Part shown: positions 44,472 through 55,800 of the stretch, piece after piece
Position numbering within the stretch: position 1 is the stretch's first letter
Layout: each line of letters opens with the position of its first letter
NCBI GenBank assembly: GCA_964057225.1
Contig: CAXKVF010000077.1
Span: forward strand, 1-64,000
Reading direction: 5' to 3'
Length of the DNA stretch: 64,000 nucleotides
Origin: Auanema rhodensis
Lineage: Eukaryota; Animalia; Nematoda
The notes under the pieces: generated by a model
Databases searched by the model: none
Seen by the model: only the letters and a program-made list of their open reading frames with translations
Told to the model about the DNA's origin: nothing
Translations under genes and position numbers: made by a program

Positions 44472-47431
44472 ATGTAACTCGCTTCACGTGAAAGATAAAG
44501 AGATGCGGTTTTCAAAATTAGATTGCCCATGTCCATATTAGTCTAAAAACAAATTGTTATTGATATTGGTTCATGGTAACCATGACTTTGAAATTTACGT
44601 GAACTTTAATTTATGCTAATTAAATGTACACGTGATGTGCACTTGGTATGTAACTCGCTTCACGTGAAAGATAAAGAGATACGGTTTTCAAAATTAGATT
44701 CCCCATGTCCATATTAGTCTAAAAACAAATTTTTATTGATATTGGTGCATGGTAACCGTGACTTTGAAATTTACGTGAACTTTAATTTATGCTAATTAAA
44801 TGTACACGTGATGTGCACTTGGTATGTAACTCGCTTCACGTGAAAGATAAAGAGATGCGGTTTTCAAAATCAGATTGCCCATGTCCATATTAGTCTAAAA
44901 ACAAATTTTAATTGATATTGGTTCATGGTAACCATGACTTTGAAATTTACGTGAACTTTAATTTATGCTAATTAAATGTACACGTGATGTGCACTTGGTA
45001 TGTAACTCGCTTCACGTGAAAGATAAAGAGATGCGGTTTTCAAAATTAGATTCCCCATGTCCATATTAGTCTAAAAACAAATTTTTATTGATATTGGTGC
45101 ATGGTAACCATGACTTTGAAATTTACGTGAACTTTAATTTATGCTAATTAAATGTACACGTGATGTGCACTTGGTATGTAACTCGCTTCACGTGAAAGAT
45201 AAAGAGATGCGGTTTTCAAAATTAGATTCCCCATGTCCATATTAGTCTAAAAACGAATTTTTATTGATATTGGTGCATGGTAACCACGACTTTGAAATTT
45301 ACGTGAACTTTAATTTATGCTAATTAAATGTACACGTGATGTGCACTTGGTATGTAACTCGCTTCACGTGAAAGATAAAGAGATGCGGTTTTCAAAATTA
45401 GATTCCCCATGTCCATATTAGTCTAAAAACAAATTTTTATTGATATTGGTTCATGGTAACCATGGCTTTGAAATTTACGTGAACTTTAATTTATGCTAAT
45501 TAAATGTACACGTGATGTGCACTTGGTATGTAACTCGCTTCACGTGAAAGATAAAGAGATGCGGTTTTCAAAATTAGATTCCCCATGTCCATATTAGTCT
45601 AAAAACAAATTTTTATTGATATTGGTGCATGGTAACCATGACTTTGAAATTTACGTGAACTTTAATTTATGCTAATTAAATGTACACGTGATGTGCACTT
45701 GGTATGTAACTCGCTTCACGTGAAAGATAAAGAGATGCGGTTTTCAAAATTAGATTCCCCATGTCCATATTAGTCTAAAAACAAATTTTTATTGATATTG
45801 GTGCATGGTAACCATGACTTTGAAATTTACGTGAACTTTAATTTATGCTAATTAAATGTACACGTGATGTGCACTTGGTATGTAACTCGCTTCACGTGAA
45901 AGATGAAGAGATGCGGTTTTCAAAATTAGATTCCCCATGTCCATATTAGTCTAAAAACAAATTTTTATTGATATTGGTGCATGGTAACCATGACTTTGAA
46001 ATTTACGTGAACTTTAATTTATGCTAATTAAATGTACACTTGATGTGCACTTGGTATGTAACTCGCTTCACGTGAAAGATAAAGAGATGCGGTTTTCAAA
46101 ATTAGATTCCCCATGTCCATATTAGTCTAAAAACAAATTTTTATTGATATTGGTGCATGGTAACCATGACTTTGAAATTTACGTGAACTTTAATTTATGC
46201 TAATTAAATGTACACGTGATGTGCACTTGGTATGTAACTCGCTTCACGTGAAAGATAAAGAGATGCGGTTTTCAAAATTAGATTCCCCATGTCCATATTA
46301 GTCTAAAAACAAATTTTTATTGATATTGGTTCATGGTAACCATGACTTTGAAATTTACGTGAACTTTAATTTATGCTAATTAAATGTACACGTGATGTGC
46401 ACTTGGTATGTAACTCGCTTCACGTGAAAGATAAAGAGATGCGGTTTTCAAAATTAGATTCCCCATTTCCATATTAGTCTAAAAACAAATTTTTATTGAT
46501 ATTGCTTCATGGTAACCATGACTTTGAAATTTACGTGAACTTTAATTTATGCTAATTAAATGTACACGTGATGTGCACTTGGTATGTAACTCGCTTCACG
46601 TGAAAGATAAAGAGATGCGGTTTTCAAAATTAGATTCCCCATGTCCATATTAGTCTAAAAACAAATTTTTATTGATATTGGTTCATGGTAACCATGACTT
46701 TGAAATTTACGTGAACTTTAATTTATGCTAATTAAATGTACACGTGATGTGCACTTGGTATGTAACTCGCTTCACGTGAAAGATAAAGAGATGCGGTTTT
46801 CAAAATTAGATTCCCCATTTCCATATTAGTCTAAAAACAAATTTTTATTGATATTGCTTCATGGTAACCATGACTTTGAAATTTACGTGAACTTTAATTT
46901 ATGCTAATTAAATGTACACGTGATGTGGACTTGGTATGTAACTCGCTTCACGTGAAAGATAAAGAGATGCGGTTTTCAAAATTAGATTCCCCATGTCCAT
47001 ATTAGTCTAAAAACAAATTTTTATTGATATTGGTGTATGGTAACCATGACTTTGAAATTTACGTGAACTTTAATTTATGCTAATTAAATGTACACGTGAT
47101 GTGGACTTGGTATGTAACTCGCTTCACGTGAAAGATAAAGAGATGCGGTTTTCAAAATTAGATTCCCCATGTCCATATTAGTCTAAAAACAAATTTTTAT
47201 TGATATTGGTGTATGGTAACCATGACTTTGAAATTTACGTGAACTTTAATTTATGCTAATTAAATGTACACGTGATGTGCACTTGGTATGTAACTCGCTT
47301 CACGTGAAAGATGAAGAGATGCGGTTTTCAAAATTAGATTTCCCATGTCCATATTAGTCTAAAAACAAATTTTTATTGATATTGGTGCATGGTAACCATG
47401 ACTTTGAAATTTACGTGAACTTTAATTTATG
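44472..47431 (-). repeat. Inverted satellite block 1 (2960 bp = 16x176+144)
   Basis: Begins ATGTAACTCGCTTCACGTGAAAG (reverse complement of monomer from position 160). Ends ...TTTAATTTATG (monomer position 17). Confidence 0.97.
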
Positions 47432-49555
47432 AATCTAATTTTGAAAACCGCATCTCTTTATCTTTCACGTGAAGCGAGTTACACACCAAGTGCACATCAC
47501 GTGTACATTTAATTAGCATAAATTAAAGTTCACGTAAATTTCAAAGTCATGGTTACCATGAAGCAATATCAATAAAAATTTGTTTTTAGACTAATATGGA
47601 CATGGGGAATCTAATTTTGAAAACCGCATCTCTTTATCTTTCACGTGAAGCGAGTTACATACCAAGTGCACATCACGTGTACATTTAATTAGCATAAATT
47701 AAAGTTCACGTAAATTTCAAAGTCATGGTTACCATGAAGCAATATCAATAAAAATTTGTTTTTAGACTAATATGGACATGGGGAATCTAATTTTGAAAAC
47801 CGCATCTCTTTATCTTTCACGTGAAGCGAGTTACATACCAAGTGCACATCACGTGTACATTTAATTAGCATAAATTAAAGTTCACGTAAATTTCAAAGTC
47901 ATGGTTACCATGAACCAATATCAATAAAAATTTGTTTTTAGACTAATATGGACATGGGGAATCTAATTTTGAAAACCGCATCTCTTTATCTTTCACGTGA
48001 AGCGAGTTACATACCAAGTGCACATCACGTGTACATTTAATTAGCATAAATTAAAGTTCACGTAAATTTCAAAGTCATGGTTACCATGCACCAATATCAA
48101 TAAAAATTTGTTTTTAGACTAATATGGACATGGGGAATCTAATTTTGAAAACCGCATCTCTTTATCTTTCACGTGAAGCGAGTTACATACCAAGTGCACA
48201 TCACGTGTACATTTAATTAACATAAATTAAAGTTCACGTAAATTTCAAAGCCATGGTTACCATGAACCAATATCAATAAAAATTTGTTTTTAGACTAATA
48301 TGGACATGGGGAATCTAATTTTGAAAACCGCATCTCTTTATCTTTCACGTGAAGCGAGTTACATACCAAGTGCACATCACGTGTACATTTAATTAGCATA
48401 AATTAAAGTTCACGTAAATTTCAAAGTCGTGGTTACCATGCACCAATATCAATAAAAATTTGTTTTTAGACTAATATGGACATGGGGAATCTAATTTTGA
48501 AAACCGCATCTCTTTATCTTTCACGTGAAGCGAGTTACATACCAAGTGCACATCACGTGTACATTTAATTAGCATAAATTAAAGTTCACGTAAATTTCAA
48601 AGTCATGGTTACCATGCACCAATATCAATAAAAATTTGTTTTTAGACTAATATGGACATGGGGAATCTAATTTTGAAAACCGCATCTCTTTATCTTTCAC
48701 GTGAAGCGAGTTACATACCAAGTGCACATCACGTGTACATTTAATTAGCATAAATTAAAGTTCACGTAAATTTCAAAGTCATGGTTACCATGAACCAATA
48801 TCAATTAAAATTTGTTTTTAGACTAATATGGACATGGGGAATCTAATTTTGAAAACCGCATCTCTTTATCTTTCACGTGAAGCGAGTTACATACCAAGTG
48901 CACATCACGTGTACATTTAATTAGCATAAATTAAAGTTCACGTAAATTTCAAAGTCATGGTTACCATGAACCAATATCAATTAAAATTTGTTTTTAGACT
49001 AATATGGACATGGGGAATCTAATTTTGAAAACCGCATCTCTTTATCTTTCACGTGAAGCGAGTTACATACCAAGTGCACATCACGTGTACATTTAATTAG
49101 CATAAATTAAAGTTCACGTAAATTTCAAAGTCATGGTTACCATGCACCAATATCAATAAAAATTTGTTTTTAGACTAATATGGACATGGGGAATCTAATT
49201 TTGAAAACCGCATCTCTTTATCTTTCACGTGAAGCGAGTTACATACCAAGTGCACATCACGTGTACATTTAATTAGCATAAATTAAAGTTCACGTAAATT
49301 TCAAAGTCATGGTTACCATGAAGCAATATCAATAAAAATTTGTTTTTAGACTAATATGGACATGGGGAATCTAATTTTGAAAACCGCATCTCTTTATCTC
49401 TCACGTGAAGCGAGTTACATACCAAGTGCACATCACGTGTACATTTAATTAGCATAAATTAAAGTTCACGTAAATTTCAAAGTCATGGTTACCATGAACC
49501 AATATCAATAAAAATTTGTTTTTAGACTAATATGGACATGGGGAATCTAATTTTA
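47432..49555 (+). repeat. Forward-orientation block 2 (~12 monomers) between the inverted blocks
   Basis: Resumes at (G)AATCTAATTTTGAAAACCG, monomer position 107/108. Ends at GAATCTAATTTTA. Confidence 0.96.
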
Positions 49556-52500
49556 ATGTAACTCGCTTCACGTGAAAGATAAAGAGATGCGGTTTTCAAA
49601 ATTAGATTGCCCATGTCCATATTAGTCTAAAAACAAATTGTTATTGATATTGGTTCATGGTAACCATGACTTTGAAATTTACGTGAACTTTAATTTATGC
49701 TAATTAAATGTACACGTGATGTGCACTTGGTATGTAACTCGCTTCACGTGAAAGATAAAGAGATACGGTTTTCAAAATTAGATTCCCCATGTCCATATTA
49801 GTCTAAAAACAAATTTTTATTGATATTGGTGCATGGTAACCGTGACTTTGAAATTTACGTGAACTTTAATTTATGCTAATTAAATGTACACGTGATGTGC
49901 ACTTGGTATGTAACTCGCTTCACGTGAAAGATAAAGAGATGCGGTTTTCAAAATCAGATTGCCCATGTCCATATTAGTCTAAAAACAAATTTTAATTGAT
50001 ATTGGTTCATGGTAACCATGACTTTGAAATTTACGTGAACTTTAATTTATGCTAATTAAATGTACACGTGATGTGCACTTGGTATGTAACTCGCTTCACG
50101 TGAAAGATAAAGAGATGCGGTTTTCAAAATTAGATTCCCCATGTCCATATTAGTCTAAAAACAAATTTTTATTGATATTGGTGCATGGTAACCATGACTT
50201 TGAAATTTACGTGAACTTTAATTTATGCTAATTAAATGTACACGTGATGTGCACTTGGTATGTAACTCGCTTCACGTGAAAGATAAAGAGATGCGGTTTT
50301 CAAAATTAGATTCCCCATGTCCATATTAGTCTAAAAACGAATTTTTATTGATATTGGTGCATGGTAACCACGACTTTGAAATTTACGTGAACTTTAATTT
50401 ATGCTAATTAAATGTACACGTGATGTGCACTTGGTATGTAACTCGCTTCACGTGAAAGATAAAGAGATGCGGTTTTCAAAATTAGATTCCCCATGTCCAT
50501 ATTAGTCTAAAAACAAATTTTTATTGATATTGGTTCATGGTAACCATGGCTTTGAAATTTACGTGAACTTTAATTTATGCTAATTAAATGTACACGTGAT
50601 GTGCACTTGGTATGTAACTCGCTTCACGTGAAAGATAAAGAGATGCGGTTTTCAAAATTAGATTCCCCATGTCCATATTAGTCTAAAAACAAATTTTTAT
50701 TGATATTGGTGCATGGTAACCATGACTTTGAAATTTACGTGAACTTTAATTTATGCTAATTAAATGTACACGTGATGTGCACTTGGTATGTAACTCGCTT
50801 CACGTGAAAGATGAAGAGATGCGGTTTTCAAAATTAGATTTCCCATGTCCATATTAGTCTAAAAACAAATTTTTATTGATATTGGTGCATGGTAACCATG
50901 ACTTTGAAATTTACGTGAACTTTAATTTATGCTAATTAAATGTACACGTGATGTGCACTTGGTATGTAACTCGCTTCACGTGAAAGATAAAGAGATGCGG
51001 TTTTCAAAATTAGATTCCCCATGTCCATATTAGTCTAAAAACAAATTTTTATTGATATTGGTGCATGGTAACCATGACTTTGAAATTTACGTGAACTTTA
51101 ATTTATGCTAATTAAATGTACACGTGATGTGCACTTGGTATGTAACTCGCTTCACGTGAAAGATGAAGAGATGCGGTTTTCAAAATTAGATTCCCCATGT
51201 CCATATTAGTCTAAAAACAAATTTTTATTGATATTGGTTCATGGTAACCATGACTTTGAAATTTACGTGAACTTTAATTTATGCTAATTAAATGTACACG
51301 TGATGTGCACTTGGTATGTAACTCGCTTCACGTGAAAGATAAAGAGATGCGGTTTTCAAAATTAGATTCCCCATGTCCATATTAGTCTAAAAACAAATTT
51401 TTATTGATATTGGTGCATGGTAACCATGACTTTGAAATTTACGTGAACTTTAATTTATGCTAATTAAATGTACACTTGATGTGCACTTGGTATGTAACTC
51501 GCTTCACGTGAAAGATAAAGAGATGCGGTTTTCAAAATTAGATTCCCCATGTCCATATTAGTCTAAAAACAAATTTTTATTGATATTGGTGCATGGTAAC
51601 CATGACTTTGAAATTTACGTGAACTTTAATTTATGCTAATTAAATGTACACGTGATGTGCACTTGGTATGTAACTCGCTTCACGTGAAAGATAAAGAGAT
51701 GCGGTTTTCAAAATTAGATTCCCCATGTCCATATTAGTCTAAAAACAAATTTTTATTGATATTGGTTCATGGTAACCATGACTTTGAAATTTACGTGAAC
51801 TTTAATTTATGCTAATTAAATGTACACGTGATGTGCACTTGGTATGTAACTCGCTTCACGTGAAAGATAAAGAGATGCGGTTTTCAAAATTAGATTCCCC
51901 ATTTCCATATTAGTCTAAAAACAAATTTTTATTGATATTGCTTCATGGTAACCATGACTTTGAAATTTACGTGAACTTTAATTTATGCTAATTAAATGTA
52001 CACGTGATGTGCACTTGGTATGTAACTCGCTTCACGTGAAAGATAAAGAGATGCGGTTTTCAAAATTAGATTCCCCATGTCCATATTAGTCTAAAAACAA
52101 ATTTTTATTGATATTGGTTCATGGTAACCATGACTTTGAAATTTACGTGAACTTTAATTTATGCTAATTAAATGTACACGTGATGTGCACTTGGTATGTA
52201 ACTCGCTTCACGTGAAAGATAAAGAGATGCGGTTTTCAAAATTAGATTCCCCATTTCCATATTAGTCTAAAAACAAATTTTTATTGATATTGCTTCATGG
52301 TAACCATGACTTTGAAATTTACGTGAACTTTAATTTATGCTAATTAAATGTACACGTGATGTGGACTTGGTATGTAACTCGCTTCACGTGAAAGATAAAG
52401 AGATGCGGTTTTCAAAATTAGATTCCCCATGTCCATATTAGTCTAAAAACAAATTTTTATTGATATTGGTGTATGGTAACCATGACTTTGAAATTTACGT

Positions 52501-52867
52501 GAACTTTAATTTATGCTAATTAAATGTACACGTGATGTGGACTTGGTATGTAACTCGCTTCACGTGAAAGATAAAGAGATGCGGTTTTCAAAATTAGATT
52601 CCCCATGTCCATATTAGTCTAAAAACAAATTTTTATTGATATTGGTGTATGGTAACCATGACTTTGAAATTTACGTGAACTTTAATTTATGCTAATTAAA
52701 TGTACACGTGATGTGCACTTGGTATGTAACTCGCTTCACGTGAAAGATGAAGAGATGCGGTTTTCAAAATTAGATTTCCCATGTCCATATTAGTCTAAAA
52801 ACAAATTTTTATTGATATTGGTGCATGGTAACCATGACTTTGAAATTTACGTGAACTTTAATTTATG
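49556..52867 (-). repeat. Inverted satellite block 2 (3312 bp = 18x176+144)
   Basis: Same left (AATTTT-A-ATGTAACTC) and right (TTTATG-AATCTAATT) junctions as block 1, with the same rare SNPs. Confidence 0.97.
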
Positions 52868-55800
52868 AATCTAATTTTGAAAACCGCATCTCTTTATCTT
52901 TCACGTGAAGCGAGTTACACACCAAGTGCACATCACGTGTACATTTAATTAGCATAAATTAAAGTTCACGTAAATTTCAAAGTCATGGTTACCATGAAGC
53001 AATATCAATAAAAATTTGTTTTTAGACTAATATGGACATGGGGAATCTAATTTTGAAAACCGCATCTCTTTATCTTTCACGTGAAGCGAGTTACATACCA
53101 AGTGCACATCACGTGTACATTTAATTAGCATAAATTAAAGTTCACGTAAATTTCAAAGTCATGGTTACCATGAAGCAATATCAATAAAAATTTGTTTTTA
53201 GACTAATATGGACATGGGGAATCTAATTTTGAAAACCGCATCTCTTTATCTTTCACGTGAAGCGAGTTACATACCAAGTGCACATCACGTGTACATTTAA
53301 TTAGCATAAATTAAAGTTCACGTAAATTTCAAAGTCATGGTTACCATGAACCAATATCAATAAAAATTTGTTTTTAGACTAATATGGACATGGGGAATCT
53401 AATTTTGAAAACCGCATCTCTTTATCTTTCACGTGAAGCGAGTTACATACCAAGTGCACATCACGTGTACATTTAATTAGCATAAATTAAAGTTCACGTA
53501 AATTTCAAAGTCATGGTTACCATGCACCAATATCAATAAAAATTTGTTTTTAGACTAATATGGACATGGGGAATCTAATTTTGAAAACCGCATCTCTTTA
53601 TCTTTCACGTGAAGCGAGTTACATACCAAGTGCACATCACGTGTACATTTAATTAGCATAAATTAAAGTTCACGTAAATTTCAAAGCCATGGTTACCATG
53701 AACCAATATCAATAAAAATTTGTTTTTAGACTAATATGGACATGGGGAATCTAATTTTGAAAACCGCATCTCTTTATCTTTCACGTGAAGCGAGTTACAT
53801 ACCAAGTGCACATCACGTGTACATTTAATTAGCATAAATTAAAGTTCACGTAAATTTCAAAGTCGTGGTTACCATGCACCAATATCAATAAAAATTTGTT
53901 TTTAGACTAATATGGACATGGGGAATCTAATTTTGAAAACCGCATCTCTTTATCTTTCACGTGAAGCGAGTTACATACCAAGTGCACATCACGTGTACAT
54001 TTAATTAGCATAAATTAAAGTTCACGTAAATTTCAAAGTCATGGTTACCATGCACCAATATCAATAAAAATTTGTTTTTAGACTAATATGGACATGGGGA
54101 ATCTAATTTTGAAAACCGCATCTCTTTATCTTTCACGTGAAGCGAGTTACATACCAAGTGCACATCACGTGTACATTTAATTAGCATAAATTAAAGTTCA
54201 CGTAAATTTCAAAGTCATGGTTACCATGAACCAATATCAATTAAAATTTGTTTTTAGACTAATATGGACATGGGCAATCTGATTTTGAAAACCGCATCTC
54301 TTTATCTTTCACGTGAAGCGAGTTACATACCAAGTGCACATCACGTGTACATTTAATTAGCATAAATTAAAGTTCACGTAAATTTCAAAGTCACGGTTAC
54401 CATGCACCAATATCAATAAAAATTTGTTTTTAGACTAATATGGACATGGGGAATCTAATTTTGAAAACCGTATCTCTTTATCTTTCACGTGAAGCGAGTT
54501 ACATACCAAGTGCACATCACGTGTACATTTAATTAGCATAAATTAAAGTTCACGTAAATTTCAAAGTCATGGTTACCATGAACCAATATCAATAACAATT
54601 TGTTTTTAGACTAATATGGACATGGGCAATCTAATTTTGAAAACCGCATCTCTTTATCTTTCACGTGAAGCGAGTTACATACCAAGTGCACATCACGTGT
54701 ACATTTAATTAGCATAAATTAAAGTTCACGTAAATTTCAAAGTCATGGTTACCATGCACCAATATCAATAAAAATTTGTTTTTAGACTAATATGGACATG
54801 AGGAATCTAATTTTGAAAACCGCATCTCTTTATCTTTCACGTGAAGCGAGTTACATACCGAGTGCACATCACGTGTACATTTAATTAGCATAAATTAAAG
54901 TTCACGTAAATTTCAAAGTCATGGTTACCATGCACCAATATCAATAACAATTTGTTTTTACACTAATATGGACATGGGGAATCTAATGTTGAAAACCGCA
55001 TCTCTTTATCTTTCACGTGAAGCGAGTTACATACCAAGTGCACATCACGTGTACATTTAATTAGCATAAATTAAAGTTCACGTAAATTTCAAAGTCATGG
55101 TTACCATGAACCAATATCAATAAAAATTTGTTTTTAGACTAATATGGACATGGGGAATCTAATTTTGAAAACCGCATCTCTTTATCTTTCACGTGAAGCG
55201 AGTTACATACCAAGTGCACATCACGTGTACATTTAATTAGCATAAATTAAAGTTCACGTAAATTTCAAAGTCATGGTTACCATGAAGCAATATCAATAAA
55301 AATTTGTTTTTAGACTAATATGGACATGGGGAATCTAATTTTGAAAACCGCATCTCTTTATCTTTCACGTGAAGCGAGTTACATACCAAGTGCACATCAC
55401 GTTTACAATTAATTAGCATAAATTAAAGTTCACGTAAATTTCAAAGTCATGGTTACCATGAACCAATATCAATAAAAATTTGTTTTTAGACTAATATGGA
55501 CATGGGGAATCAAATTTTGAAAACCGCATCTCTTTATCTTTCACGTGAAGCGAGTTACATACCAAGTGCACATCACGTGTACATTTAATTAGCATAAATT
55601 AAAGTTCACGTAAATTTCAAAGTCATGGTTACCATGAACCAATATCAATAAAAATTTGTTTTTAGACTAATATGGACATGGGGAATCTAATTTTGAAAAC
55701 CGCATCTCTTCATCTTTCACGTGAAGCGAGTTACATACCAAGTGCACATCACGTGTACATTTAATTAGCATAAATTAAAGTTCACGTAAATTTCAAAGTC

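Larger units (their letters stand above)
43900..54270. repeat. Tandem duplication of a composite forward+inverted unit (~5084 and ~5436 bp)
   Basis: Identical junctions. Shared flank SNPs: T140C at 44316/49400, and ACACACC, GCCATGG, GTCGTGG, AATTAAAA after both blocks. Outer limits approximate. Confidence 0.88.

Noticed and set aside
44472-52867. Simple in-place inversion, two independent inversions, or an autonomous transposon
   Set aside because: Breakpoints are non-reciprocal, both blocks share identical junctions and SNPs, and they contain only satellite sequence (no TIR/LTR/ORF).
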